This document shows positions 49,924-59,963 of a stretch of 64,000 bases of DNA, piece after piece (position 1 is the stretch's first letter; every line of letters begins with the position of its first letter). Both the position numbers and the translations under genes were made by a program. The stretch comes from an uncultured bacterium (GTDB lineage Bacteria > Zhuqueibacterota > QNDG01 > DTFT01), in NCBI GenBank assembly GCA_963736115.1, contig CAVTNR010000019.1, forward strand, positions 36,461-100,460, given 5' to 3'. Below the pieces are notes generated by a model. That model was not told the DNA's origin. It saw nothing but the letters and a program-made list of their open reading frames with translations, and searched no databases.

Positions 49924-51608
49924 ATGAAACTTGATGACTGGCTTCCGCCGGTGGTTTACTTCGCCGTTCTGGCGGTCCTGACGCCGCCGCTGGCAGCGAC
50001 TCTGGTCCGCATTTTCGGAGAGAACCGGAAACCCTTCCGGAGTCCCCTGGCACAGCTGGAGCGCGGCATTTTCCGGGCCGCGGGAATCGATCCGGCCGTT
50101 GAGATGACGGCCCGGACGTACATCTGGAGCCTGCTGGCGTTCCATGGCATCGGACTGGCGTCGTTGACGGCGCTCCAGATGCTTCAGGGCCGCCTGCCGT
50201 TCAATCCCGCAGGGCTGGCGAACGTGCCGTTTCCGCTGGCATTCAACACGGCGGTCAGCTTCGTGACCAATACGAACTGGCAGGCCTATTCCGGAGAAAT
50301 CACGCTCGGTCCCCTGGTGCAATCCTTCGGGCTGGGCGTTCAGAATTTCGTCAGCGCGGCCGCGGGAATGGCCGTACTTCTGGCCTTCATCCGCGGCGTC
50401 GGCCGGCAGGGCCGGGAGACCGTGGGCAACTTCTGGGCCGATCTGGTCAAGTCCGTCGTCCACGTCCTTCTCCCGTTGTCGCTGATTTGGGCGGTGCTCC
50501 TGACCGGACAGGGTGTGGTCCAGTCCTGGAGCGCCGGTCCCGCCGCCGTGACGCCCTCGGGCGTGACCCGGGCGGTCCCGCTCGGTCCGGTCGCTTCCCA
50601 GATCGCGATCAAGCAGCTGGGGACCGACGGCGGAGGATACTTCGGGGTCAACAGCGCTCACCCGTTCGAGAATCCGACGCCCTTCAGCGATTTTCTGGAG
50701 ATGCTCGCCATCCTGCTGATTCCGTCGGCCCTGGTTCTCATGTACGGCCGCATGACCGGACAGAAGAAGCAGGGATGGATGCTCTGGGGGGTGATGCTGT
50801 TCCTCCTGATCGCCGGACTGACCATTGCCCTGGCCGCGGAATTCCATTCACGGGGTCCGGACTGGCCAGCCATGGAGGGCAAGGAGCAGCGGTTCGGAAT
50901 CACGGACAGCGTGCTCTGGGCGGTCACCACCACCTGCGCGTCGAACGGATCGGTCAACGCCATGCACAGCAGTATTTCGCCCGCGGCGGGGGGAGTGGCG
51001 ATGCTCAACATCATGCTCGGCGAAGTCATTTTCGGCGGCGTGGGGGCCGGCCTGACCGGCATGCTGATGTTCGTGTTCGTTTCGGTCTTCATCGCCGGGC
51101 TCATGGTCGGACGCACGCCCGAATATCTGGGAAAGAAGATCGAGGCGTTCGAAATCAAGATGGCGATGATCGTCCTGCTCGTTCCCAATGCCCTGATCCT
51201 GCTGGGCGCCGGCCTGGCGGCGTCCGTCCCGGCCGGCCTGGCGGGGAGAAGCGCGGCGGGTCCGCACGGGTTTTCCGAAATCCTGTACGCCTTTGCCTCG
51301 GCGGCTGGCAACAACGGCAGCGCCTTCGCGGGGTTGGGGCCGGTTCCCCGTTTTACTGCACCACTCTGGCCGCGGCCATGCTGGCGGCCAGGCTGGCGGC
51401 GCTTCTGCCCGTCGTCGCTATCGCCGGGGCCCTGGCCGCCAAAAGACCTTCGCCGGAGACCGCCGGGACGCTCCGGACGGACACGGCGCTGTTCGCCTTC
51501 GTGCTGACCGGCGTGATCCTGATCGTCGGCGCGCTCACGTTTTTTCCCGCGCTGTGTCTGGGTCCCATCGTGGAACAGGGGCTCTTCGGACTGGGGCGGT
51601 CGTTTTAA
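49924..51608 (+). CDS. kdpA: K+-transporting ATPase subunit A; one frameshift at ~51338
   Basis: [45 protein letters not shown] and NNGSAFAG. The C-terminus ([14 protein letters not shown]) is in a shifted frame, restored by one extra G in TTGGGGCC. Confidence 0.93.
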
Positions 51609-51645
51609 AGAGGACCGGAGATGTACCGAAAAACCGAAACCCGGC

Positions 51646-53754
51646 GTGATCGACGGCCGGATTCTGCTTCGCGCGGCCGCGGACGCATTCGTGAAACTGA
51701 ACCCCAGTCGGCAGATCCGGAATCCGGTCATGTTCCTGGTCTTTGTCGGGGCCATTCTGACGACATTCGTCGCGCTGCGGGATTTCGGAATCCTTCCATT
51801 CCAAGCGGACGTTCATGGTCCGGCGCGGACCTTAGGGCCGCAGGGGACCTTCGGACTGCAGATATGCCTCTGGCTCTGGTTCACCGTTCTCTTCGCCAAT
51901 TTCGCGGAAGCCGTGGCGGAGGGCCGGGGCAAGGCCCAGGCCGACAGCCTCAAGCGGATGCGCACGGACGTCGGAGCGCGGCGACTGCACGGTTCAGTGG
52001 AGGAGCCGGTTTCCGCAAAGGACCTCGAAGTCGGGGATACCGTGGTCTGCGAGGCGGGCGACGTCATCCCTTCGGACGGGGAAGTTGTCGAGGGCATCGC
52101 CAGCGTGGACGAGTCGGCGATCACGGGTGAATCCGCTCCCGTGATACGGGAAAGCGGGGGCGACCGGAGCGCGGTAACCGGGGGAACGCGGGTCTTGAGC
52201 GACCGGATCGTGGTCCGGATCACGGCGGCACAGGGCGGGACCTTCCTGGACCGGATGATCGCGCTGATCGAGGGCGCAGAGCGGCAGAAAACGCCCAACG
52301 AGATCGCGCTCTCCATCCTGCTGTCCGTGCTGTCCCTGGTCTTCCTGCTTGTGACCGTCTCCCTGCATCCGTTCATCCGGTACGGTCTCCAGGCGTCCGG
52401 GCCGGGCGCTTCGGCCCTCCTCAGCCTGCCCGTCCTGACCGCGCTGATGGTCTGCCTCATCCCGACGACGATCGGCGGACTTCTGTCGGCCATCGGCATC
52501 AGCGGCATGGACCGCATGCTGCGTCACAACGTGATCGCCACCAGCGGCCGCGCCGTCGAAGCGGCCGGCGACATCGACATGCTGCTTCTCGACAAGACCG
52601 GCACCATTACGCTCGGCAACCGTCAGGCCGTGGCCTTCATTCCCGCCCCCGGCGTGGACCAGGCCGAACTCGCGGACGCGGCCCACCTGTCGTCCATTGC
52701 CGACGAAACACCCGAGGGCAGGTCGATCATGGTCCTGGCAAAGCGCGAATTCAATCTTCGCGGACGGGAGATTTCGGGAGAGCCGTTCCGTTTCGTGCCG
52801 TTCAGCGCGCAAACCCGGATGAGCGGCGTGGACATCGACCGTCCGGACGGCCGGACCCGGCGCATCCGGAAGGGCGCGGTCGCGGCAGTCGAGGCATTCA
52901 TCCGGGAACAGGGAGGCGTTTTTCCCGAGTCGGCTGCCCGCGACGCGGAGGACATAGCCGCCTCGGGCGGCACACCGCTGGCCGTCGCTGAGGACGGCCG
53001 GCCGCTCGGCGTCATCCACCTGAAAGACGTGGTGAAGGGGGGGCTGAAGGAGCGGTTCGACCGGATGCGCCGCATGGGGATCACCACGCTGATGATCACC
53101 GGCGACAACGTCTACACGGCCGCGGCCATCGCCGTCGAGGCGGGCGTGGACGATTTCATCGCAGACGCCCGGCCTGAAACCAAGCTGGACGTCATCCGCC
53201 GCGCGCAGGCCCAGGGGAACCGCCTCGCCATGATCGGCGACGGCACCAATGACGCGCCCGCGCTGGCGCAGGCCGACGTCGGCGTCGCCATGAACACGGG
53301 GACGCAGGCCGCCCGGGAGGCCGGCAATATGGTCGATCTCGACAGCAACCCCACGAAACTGCTCGACGTCATCGAAATCGGAAAGCAGCTGCTCGTGACG
53401 CGCGGCGCCCTGACCACGTTCAGCATCGCCAACGACGTGTCCAAGTATTTCGCCATTCTCCCAGCCCTGTTCGGGACGTTGTACGCGGGGCCGTCGGGCC
53501 GCGGGCCGCTGGCCGCTTTGGATGTGATGCATCTGCATTCGCCGGAGAGCGCCGTGCTGAGCGCGGTCATTTTCAACGCGCTGATCATCGTGGCGCTGAT
53601 CCCGCTCGCGCTGCGCGGCGCGGCCTACCGGCCGATGGGCGCGGACGCGCTTCTGAAGCGGAATCTGCTCGTCTACGGGCTCGGCGGCCTCGCGGCGCCG
53701 TTCGCGGGAATCAAGGCGATCGACATGATTCTGGCGGCGGTTCGCCTGGTGTGA
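51646..53754 (+). CDS. kdpB: K+-transporting ATPase subunit B
   Basis: [32 protein letters not shown] and TTFSIANDV motifs. Confidence 0.98.
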   Translation: MIDGRILLRAAADAFVKLNPSRQIRNPVMFLVFVGAILTTFVALRDFGILPFQADVHGPARTLGPQGTFGLQICLWLWFTVLFANFAEAVAEGRGKAQADSLKRMRTDVGARRLHGSVEEPVSAKDLEVGDTVVCEAGDVIPSDGEVVEGIASVDESAITGESAPVIRESGGDRSAVTGGTRVLSDRIVVRITAAQGGTFLDRMIALIEGAERQKTPNEIALSILLSVLSLVFLLVTVSLHPFIRYGLQASGPGASALLSLPVLTALMVCLIPTTIGGLLSAIGISGMDRMLRHNVIATSGRAVEAAGDIDMLLLDKTGTITLGNRQAVAFIPAPGVDQAELADAAHLSSIADETPEGRSIMVLAKREFNLRGREISGEPFRFVPFSAQTRMSGVDIDRPDGRTRRIRKGAVAAVEAFIREQGGVFPESAARDAEDIAASGGTPLAVAEDGRPLGVIHLKDVVKGGLKERFDRMRRMGITTLMITGDNVYTAAAIAVEAGVDDFIADARPETKLDVIRRAQAQGNRLAMIGDGTNDAPALAQADVGVAMNTGTQAAREAGNMVDLDSNPTKLLDVIEIGKQLLVTRGALTTFSIANDVSKYFAILPALFGTLYAGPSGRGPLAALDVMHLHSPESAVLSAVIFNALIIVALIPLALRGAAYRPMGADALLKRNLLVYGLGGLAAPFAGIKAIDMILAAVRLV

Positions 53755-53805
53755 ACGCCGCCCCGCGGTCCGCCGGTCCGTACAGGGAAAAGACAAGGAA
53801 AGGCA

Positions 53806-54447
53806 ATGAAAATCCGTTCGATCTGGTTGAAGGCATTCGGGTTGTGGGCTGCGCTGACACTGCTCTGCGGCGGGGTGTACCCGCTTCTGGTCACGGCCGC
53901 CGCACGGCTTCTGTTCCCCGAAAAGGCCGGAGGCAGTCTCCTGCGGTCAGGGAATACGGTCATCGGATCCTCGCTCCTGGCACAGGCCGCGGCAGGACCG
54001 GGATATTTCCGGCCCCGGCCTTCGGCCTGCGCATGGTCCACCCTGCCTTCGGGCGCCAGCCACGCGGCGCCGACCGGCGCGGCGCTCGCCGATTCGGTCC
54101 GGAGCAGGCGGAACCGTTTCCGGACGGAGAACGGACTGACCGACAGCGCGGATGTTCCGGCCGAGATGCTTTGCGCCTCCGCTTCGGGGCTGGACCCCCA
54201 CATCAGCGTCGAATCGGCCCGGCTTCAGGCGCGCCGGGTCGCCCGCGGGAGAGGGCTGGATGAAAAGGCCGTGGCCGGTCTGCTGAATCTGATCGACCGC
54301 CGGACTGAGCCGCGGTTGTGGGGTGTGTTCGGTCTTCCGCGGGTCAACGTGACCCTGCTGAATTTCATGTTGGACACGATCCCGGAATTTCGTAATTTTC
54401 ATCAGGAGGACGGCCATGACGCACGACCGGATCCGGCGGAAAAATAA
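53806..54447 (+). CDS. kdpC: K+-transporting ATPase subunit C
   Basis: YPL.VT, FP.KA.GSL, YF.PRPSA, SASGLDPHIS and RVNV..LN motifs. Confidence 0.96.
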   Translation: MKIRSIWLKAFGLWAALTLLCGGVYPLLVTAAARLLFPEKAGGSLLRSGNTVIGSSLLAQAAAGPGYFRPRPSACAWSTLPSGASHAAPTGAALADSVRSRRNRFRTENGLTDSADVPAEMLCASASGLDPHISVESARLQARRVARGRGLDEKAVAGLLNLIDRRTEPRLWGVFGLPRVNVTLLNFMLDTIPEFRNFHQEDGHDARPDPAEK

Positions 54448-57118
54448 AGGGACGGACCGAAGCGATCCCGATGTCCTGCTCGACGCGATCCGGTCGGACG
54501 AGGACGACCGCAGCCGGGGCCGGCTGAAAATATTTTTCGGCATGTGCGCCGGCGTGGGCAAGACCACCGCCATGCTGCAGGAGGCCCGCATGCTGAAGGC
54601 CGAGGGGAAGGACGTGGCCGCGGGGATTGTCGAGACGCACGGCCGGCCGGAAACGGGCATTCTGCTCGAAGGTCTGGAGCGCCTGCCGCTTCAAGCGGTC
54701 TCCTACCGCGGGAGGACGTTCTCCGAATTCGACCTCGACGGCGCGCTCCGGCGCAAACCGGCCGTGGTCCTGGTGGACGAGCTGGCGCACACCAACGTCC
54801 CGGGATCCCGGCACATCAAGCGCTACCAGGACGTGGAGGAACTCCTCGACCACGGCATCGACGTCTACACCACGCTGAACGTCCAGCACCTGGAAAGCCG
54901 GTCCCTGACGGTGGAGGAGATCACCGGCGTTCCGGTTCACGAGACGGTTCCGGATTCCGTGCTGGACCGCGCGGCCGACATCGAACTGGTGGACATCGCG
55001 CCGAGCGAACTGCTCAAGCGTTTCACCGACGGCAAGATCTATGCGCCGGAAAACGCGGCCGCAGCGCTCCGCAATTTTTTCCGGCGGGGCAACATCACCG
55101 CCCTCCGCGAGATGGCGCTCCGCGCCACGGCCCAGCAGGTGAACCGGCACCTGGCCCGTTACAGGGCCGGCCGGAAGATCGGGGAGACCTGGAAAAGCGG
55201 GGAGCGGCTGCTGGTCGCCGTCGGTCCGAGCCCCTTCTCGACCCAGCTCATCGCGTGGACCCGGCGTATGGCCGCCACTCTGAACGCCGAATGGATGGCG
55301 GTGAACGTCGAGACGCAGGTCCGCCTGACCGAACAGCAGACCGCCCAGCTGACCGCGAATCTGCACCTGGCCCGCGAACTGGGAGCCGAGGTCGCCGTCG
55401 TCCGCGCCGACGGTCCGGTCGAAGGCATCGTGCAGACGGCCCTCGCGAACAGCATCACCCAGATCGTCATCGGAAAGACCGAGGAAGGACGACTGAGGTC
55501 CTGGCTGAAGGGCGGTTCCCTCGTCGAGCGGCTGGTCCGTTACAGCGGGAACATCGATATTACCGTCGTCCGGGGCGACGTCATCCCTGAGACGACGCGG
55601 CCGCCTCGCCGGCTCCCCCGGCTGACGTCCGGCCGGCAGGTCGGACTGGCATTCGGGGCGATCGCGGCGGTTGTCGCCGCGCTCTTTGCGGCGGGGTCGC
55701 TTCTCAATTACCTTTCCGTTGCGTTGTTTCTCCTGTTCGCCGTGACCCTGCTTTCGCTCTGGCTGACGATGGGGCCCGTGCTGATTGCCGCGGCGCTGAG
55801 CGCGCTGGCCTGGAATTTTTTCTTCATCCCGCCGCGGTACACGTTCCACATCGCCCGGTTCGAGGACCTGCTGATGTTCAGCCTGTATTTCATCATCGCC
55901 ATCGTCACGGGCACCCTGACTTCCCGTATCCGGATCAACAAGGAGGCCGTCCGCCAGCGCGAGGCCCGCGCGGCCGCCCTGTACGCGATGTCGCGGTCGC
56001 TAGCCTCCGCGGATTCCACGGACGCCATCGCCGCGATCGCTGTCCGCGAAATCGACAGGATTTTCGACGCCGATACGGCCGTCTACCTGAACGCCGCGGG
56101 TTTTCCGGTTCTTCATCCCGCGTCCGGTTTCACGCCGGACGCGAAGGAGGAATCCGTCGTCCGGTGGGTCGCGGAAAACCGGAAGCCCGCGGGGCGTTTC
56201 ACGGACACACTCCCGCTTTCCGACGCCCGGTGGCTGCCCCTGGCCACCGGACGCGACATCTACGGCGTCGCCGGCGTCCGTTTCCGCCGGACAACGGTTT
56301 TCACGCTGGACCAGGAAACCCTGCTCGAGAATCTCGCGGGACAAGTATCGTCGGCGGTCGAAAGGGAACGTTTCAACGAGGAACGCCGACGCGCGGAGAC
56401 GGCCGACGCCTCGGAGCGTCTGTTCAAGACGCTGCTCAACACGATTTCGCACGAGTTCCGCACGCCGCTCGCGGTCATTTCCGGTGTCACGGCCAGCCTC
56501 ACCGATCCCGGTCTGCGCCTGGGCGATCCGGCGCGGGACGCCCTGATGTCGGAGGTGAACGACGCGGCGAACCGGCTGAACGGTCTTGTCGAGAACCTGC
56601 TCAACATGTCACGCCTGGAGTCCGGAAACGTCCGGCCGGCGGAGGAATGGTGCGATGTTTCGGATGTTTTCCAGTCCCTGAAGCGGCGTCTGATGCGGGA
56701 GGCGTCGGGACGTCCGGTCGCGTTCGAAATGGCCCCGGGTCTTCCCATCGTCCGAATCGATTCCGCGCTTACGGAAATCGCGATCGGGAACCTGGTTCAG
56801 AACGCGCTGCGGTACACACCGCCGAATACCCCCGTGCGGGTTCGTGCCGCGGTGTCGGGATCCGATCTCGTCATCACCGTGCGCGACGAAGGTCCCGGGC
56901 TGCCGGCGGACGTCCTGCCGCGTCTGTTCGAAAAATTCTACCGCGCTCCCGGTTCCGCGGCGGGAGGCACGGGGCTGGGACTATCCATCAGCCGCGGACT
57001 CGTGGAAGCAATGGGCGGGCGTCTGACCGCGGCAAACGCGTCGCGTGGCGGGGCGGTTTTCATTGTCAGACTGCCGTCGGAGCGGCGTTCCGCAGGCATG
57101 GAGGAATCGAATGAGTGA
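54416..57118 (+). CDS. kdpD: Sensor histidine kinase KdpD
   Basis: GRLKIFFG..AGVGKT, DELAHTN, Usp-like region, 4 TMs, GAF, SHEFRTPL and GTGLGL. Confidence 0.97.
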   Translation: MTHDRIRRKNKGTDRSDPDVLLDAIRSDEDDRSRGRLKIFFGMCAGVGKTTAMLQEARMLKAEGKDVAAGIVETHGRPETGILLEGLERLPLQAVSYRGRTFSEFDLDGALRRKPAVVLVDELAHTNVPGSRHIKRYQDVEELLDHGIDVYTTLNVQHLESRSLTVEEITGVPVHETVPDSVLDRAADIELVDIAPSELLKRFTDGKIYAPENAAAALRNFFRRGNITALREMALRATAQQVNRHLARYRAGRKIGETWKSGERLLVAVGPSPFSTQLIAWTRRMAATLNAEWMAVNVETQVRLTEQQTAQLTANLHLARELGAEVAVVRADGPVEGIVQTALANSITQIVIGKTEEGRLRSWLKGGSLVERLVRYSGNIDITVVRGDVIPETTRPPRRLPRLTSGRQVGLAFGAIAAVVAALFAAGSLLNYLSVALFLLFAVTLLSLWLTMGPVLIAAALSALAWNFFFIPPRYTFHIARFEDLLMFSLYFIIAIVTGTLTSRIRINKEAVRQREARAAALYAMSRSLASADSTDAIAAIAVREIDRIFDADTAVYLNAAGFPVLHPASGFTPDAKEESVVRWVAENRKPAGRFTDTLPLSDARWLPLATGRDIYGVAGVRFRRTTVFTLDQETLLENLAGQVSSAVERERFNEERRRAETADASERLFKTLLNTISHEFRTPLAVISGVTASLTDPGLRLGDPARDALMSEVNDAANRLNGLVENLLNMSRLESGNVRPAEEWCDVSDVFQSLKRRLMREASGRPVAFEMAPGLPIVRIDSALTEIAIGNLVQNALRYTPPNTPVRVRAAVSGSDLVITVRDEGPGLPADVLPRLFEKFYRAPGSAAGGTGLGLSISRGLVEAMGGRLTAANASRGGAVFIVRLPSERRSAGMEESNE

Positions 57119-57812
57119 TGCCGTCAAGGTGCTGGTAGTCGATGACGAGACCCAGATCCGCCGTTTCCTCAGGATCGCGCTCGAGGCGCAGGGTTTCAGC
57201 CTGTCCGAGGCGGCCAACGGCCGCGACGGGCTGGTGCAGGCCGCGATGCACAGGCCGGACGTCGTGATTCTGGACCTCGGCCTCCCGGACGGGGACGGCC
57301 TGGACATACTCCGGAGGCTGAGGGAATGGTCGAATGTGCCGGTCATCGTGCTGTCGGTACGGAACGCGGAGCAGGACAAGATCGCGCTCCTGGACGCGGG
57401 CGCGGACGATTACCTGACCAAGCCGTTCAGCGCCGGCGAACTGGTCGCCCGGATACGGACCGCGCTCCGGCACGCAGCGCCCGCGGATGCGGACGGCCTG
57501 TTCCGAAACGGCCCGCTCGAAATCGACCTGGCGGCGAGAAAAGTGTCAGTCAGCGGAAAAATCGTCAAACTGACGGTGACCGAGTACGATCTGCTCCGGC
57601 TTTTTGTTCAGAACGCGGGCAAGGTTTTAACGCATCGTCAGATTCTCAAGGCCGTATGGGGGGAATCGTCAGGAGACGAAATGCAATACCTTCGGGTGTA
57701 CATGTCTCAACTCCGGCATAAAATCGAATCGGATCCGGCAAATCCGCTATTGCTCGTGACGGAAACCGGTGTCGGATACCGTATGCAAGTGATTGAAAAA
57801 CAGCGCGATTGA
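57111..57812 (+). CDS. kdpE: Response regulator KdpE
   Basis: VVDDE, LDLGLPD.DG, GADDYLTKPF, GKVLTHRQIL and YLRVYM.QLR.K.E.DP motifs. Confidence 0.96.
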   Translation: MSDAVKVLVVDDETQIRRFLRIALEAQGFSLSEAANGRDGLVQAAMHRPDVVILDLGLPDGDGLDILRRLREWSNVPVIVLSVRNAEQDKIALLDAGADDYLTKPFSAGELVARIRTALRHAAPADADGLFRNGPLEIDLAARKVSVSGKIVKLTVTEYDLLRLFVQNAGKVLTHRQILKAVWGESSGDEMQYLRVYMSQLRHKIESDPANPLLLVTETGVGYRMQVIEKQRD

Positions 57813-57919
57813 TCGGATTCGAGCCAACCGGCTGTTTGAATTCATTTCCTCAATTATTCCTAATTATCTTATCCCAATTTAAAACAATATCTTGCGTTTG
57901 GTCCGCCGCAGAATAAATT

Positions 57920-57934
57920 TGGCACTGATCTTGC
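57920..57934 (+). promoter_or_regulatory. Sigma54 -24/-12 promoter
   Basis: TGGCAC-TGATC-TTGC matches the consensus, in an AT-rich intergenic region about 100 nt before the TTG start. Confidence 0.8.
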
Positions 57935-58031
57935 TTTTTGTTTTAGTTTATTTTAGATTGTTTTTCCCGGTAACAATCGGCTGTCCTGTCCTCCCGGCAT
58001 CGGACAAAACTCACCTGGTTCGGAGAACTTC

Positions 58032-59939
58032 TTGAAACGAATTCTGATCCTCTTATTGTCCGGCGCCGTTTCCGTTGCCGCGCTCCATGGCCAGAGCAGC
58101 GCGGATTCCCTCTACCAGCGCGTCCTATCCAGAAGAGAAGACAACCGGCTTTCCCTGATCCTGATCGATCAGGCGATTGCCGTGGAAAAACAGCAGGCCG
58201 TGCCGCGTCCGGACCGGCTTGCCGGCCTTTTCTTTCTGGCCGGAGATCTGATGCATGAGCAGAAAAGACTCGATGAAGCCGTCTCAGCCTACTCGTCCAG
58301 CCTGGATTTTCAGGGCGATTCCGCGACAGCCGCGGCCGCGCATTTCCGCCGCGGCACGGCGTACGACACGCTCGGCGCCCGGCGCGCGAGAAAACGCATC
58401 GAGGAGCGTCTGCTCACGTCGCAGATGGTCTGGTTCGGCCAGAGCCGGAAGGCGGCCGGATGGCCTCTGGAATTCGGCAAGGCCGAAGCGGATTACAGGG
58501 CCGTTCCCTCCCTGGAAGCGGCCGAAAGCCTCATGCAGCTCCTTCTGATTTCAGGCAGAACGGCGGAAGCCGAGGATCAGATGCGGACGCTCCGGAACCG
58601 GCCTGAGGCCGCGGACCCTTCGTTCGGAGAACGCCTTCTGGCTTACGAGATTCTGATCTGCGAGGCACGCGAAAACTTCGAGGAGGCGGAGCGTCTGCTT
58701 GCCTCCACTCCTGCGGACCCCGGCTTGCGCCGCCATTTGATCGCTTTCCTCGACGGGCTCCGGTCCAGGCGGCTGGAAAGGCTGGTCCGCTTTGAATGGA
58801 CGGATCGGACGGATCTGGAGACGGCCGTTTCCGCGGGTCGGTTGAAATCCGGGCTTGAAGTCGAACCACAGGCGCTCCTCCAGGGCCGGGCGGTCACCAA
58901 GCGGTACCTGTTCGAGGGTAAGGGCGGCGGTTTCCTGGTGTCAGCGAAAGCGGATGCTTTCGGTCTTTTCCATGACCACCGCGGCGGGGCGGGCGTGAAT
59001 GCTGATGTGCTCGGGACCTTTCTCGGCCCGTTCTGGTCCGTGCCGGGCGCCGGGATGTCCCTCGGTTTCTCGCGGTACGGCGGAGACGGCCGGCGCGTCA
59101 TCAAACGGGGCCGCGGCTTTTTCTCCGAAACCGGCTCCTCCGGATTCGGGTTCAACATGAACGCGGGCGTGCGGCACAAACTGCTCGCGACGGTATCGTA
59201 CGGCCAGGCCGGCCACTGGATGCGGGGGCTGTCCGGCCGTCTGTCCGACGCGGACGCGATGTTCGCCCGTCTCGGCGTTTCGGCTCAGGACGGCCGCCTG
59301 ACGGACGGCGTTTACAGCATGGGCTTCGCCGGCTCCGGATGGTGGCCGGGGAAGACCCGTCTTGTTCTGTCCGATTTCGGACTCGGTGTCGACACGCGTC
59401 TGACGGCCGCATTCACCGCGGGCGCGGCGGCGCTCCTGAGGACGGCCGAGTTGACCGACCATATGGAATGGACCGCTGCCGGTTCGGGCCGCACCTATGC
59501 CCACCGGATCATTCTCGCGGAGCGCACCGGCCTGCTGAGGCTCAACGCTGCCGTCCACCTCGATGCCGCCGGTTTCCGGATGGAACTGGGAGGCCACCAC
59601 ACCTTCCACGGCGCCGGCCGCGTGATCCGCAATGACCGTTCCAGCCAGGTCGTCGAATCCGACGCGGGCGCCGACGGCGTGCACCGACTGTACGTGAACG
59701 AAGTCGGCCGGAACCTCGCGGGATCCGGTCTGGACGACGCCCGGACACTCGCCGCTTTTCTGCCCTCGTCATCCGTCCTGACTTTCAGCCTGCAGCGGGC
59801 CAATGTGTTCCTGCTGGCCCGAACCCAGATCAACGGGCTCCGGGCCCGGAACCGCGACTGGCTCGTGACGCTCGGCGTGAAACCCCGGCGCCGGACGCTG
59901 TCCCAGTGCCTCCACGACCTCGCGCCCCACAGACGCTGA
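58032..59939 (+). CDS. Secreted hypothetical protein with N-terminal TPR-like and C-terminal beta-rich regions
   Basis: GGAG RBS, signal peptide MKRILILLLSGAVSVAALHG, helical TPR-like first ~250 aa and Gly/aromatic alternating strands afterwards. Confidence 0.65.
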   Translation: MKRILILLLSGAVSVAALHGQSSADSLYQRVLSRREDNRLSLILIDQAIAVEKQQAVPRPDRLAGLFFLAGDLMHEQKRLDEAVSAYSSSLDFQGDSATAAAAHFRRGTAYDTLGARRARKRIEERLLTSQMVWFGQSRKAAGWPLEFGKAEADYRAVPSLEAAESLMQLLLISGRTAEAEDQMRTLRNRPEAADPSFGERLLAYEILICEARENFEEAERLLASTPADPGLRRHLIAFLDGLRSRRLERLVRFEWTDRTDLETAVSAGRLKSGLEVEPQALLQGRAVTKRYLFEGKGGGFLVSAKADAFGLFHDHRGGAGVNADVLGTFLGPFWSVPGAGMSLGFSRYGGDGRRVIKRGRGFFSETGSSGFGFNMNAGVRHKLLATVSYGQAGHWMRGLSGRLSDADAMFARLGVSAQDGRLTDGVYSMGFAGSGWWPGKTRLVLSDFGLGVDTRLTAAFTAGAAALLRTAELTDHMEWTAAGSGRTYAHRIILAERTGLLRLNAAVHLDAAGFRMELGGHHTFHGAGRVIRNDRSSQVVESDAGADGVHRLYVNEVGRNLAGSGLDDARTLAAFLPSSSVLTFSLQRANVFLLARTQINGLRARNRDWLVTLGVKPRRRTLSQCLHDLAPHRR

Positions 59940-59963
59940 TCATCGAAAACCGAAGGAATCCTG

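Noticed and set aside
51325-51345. Programmed frameshift or phase variation in kdpA
   Set aside because: Only a G4 run with no slippery heptamer; the same one-base-short pattern recurs in other genes.
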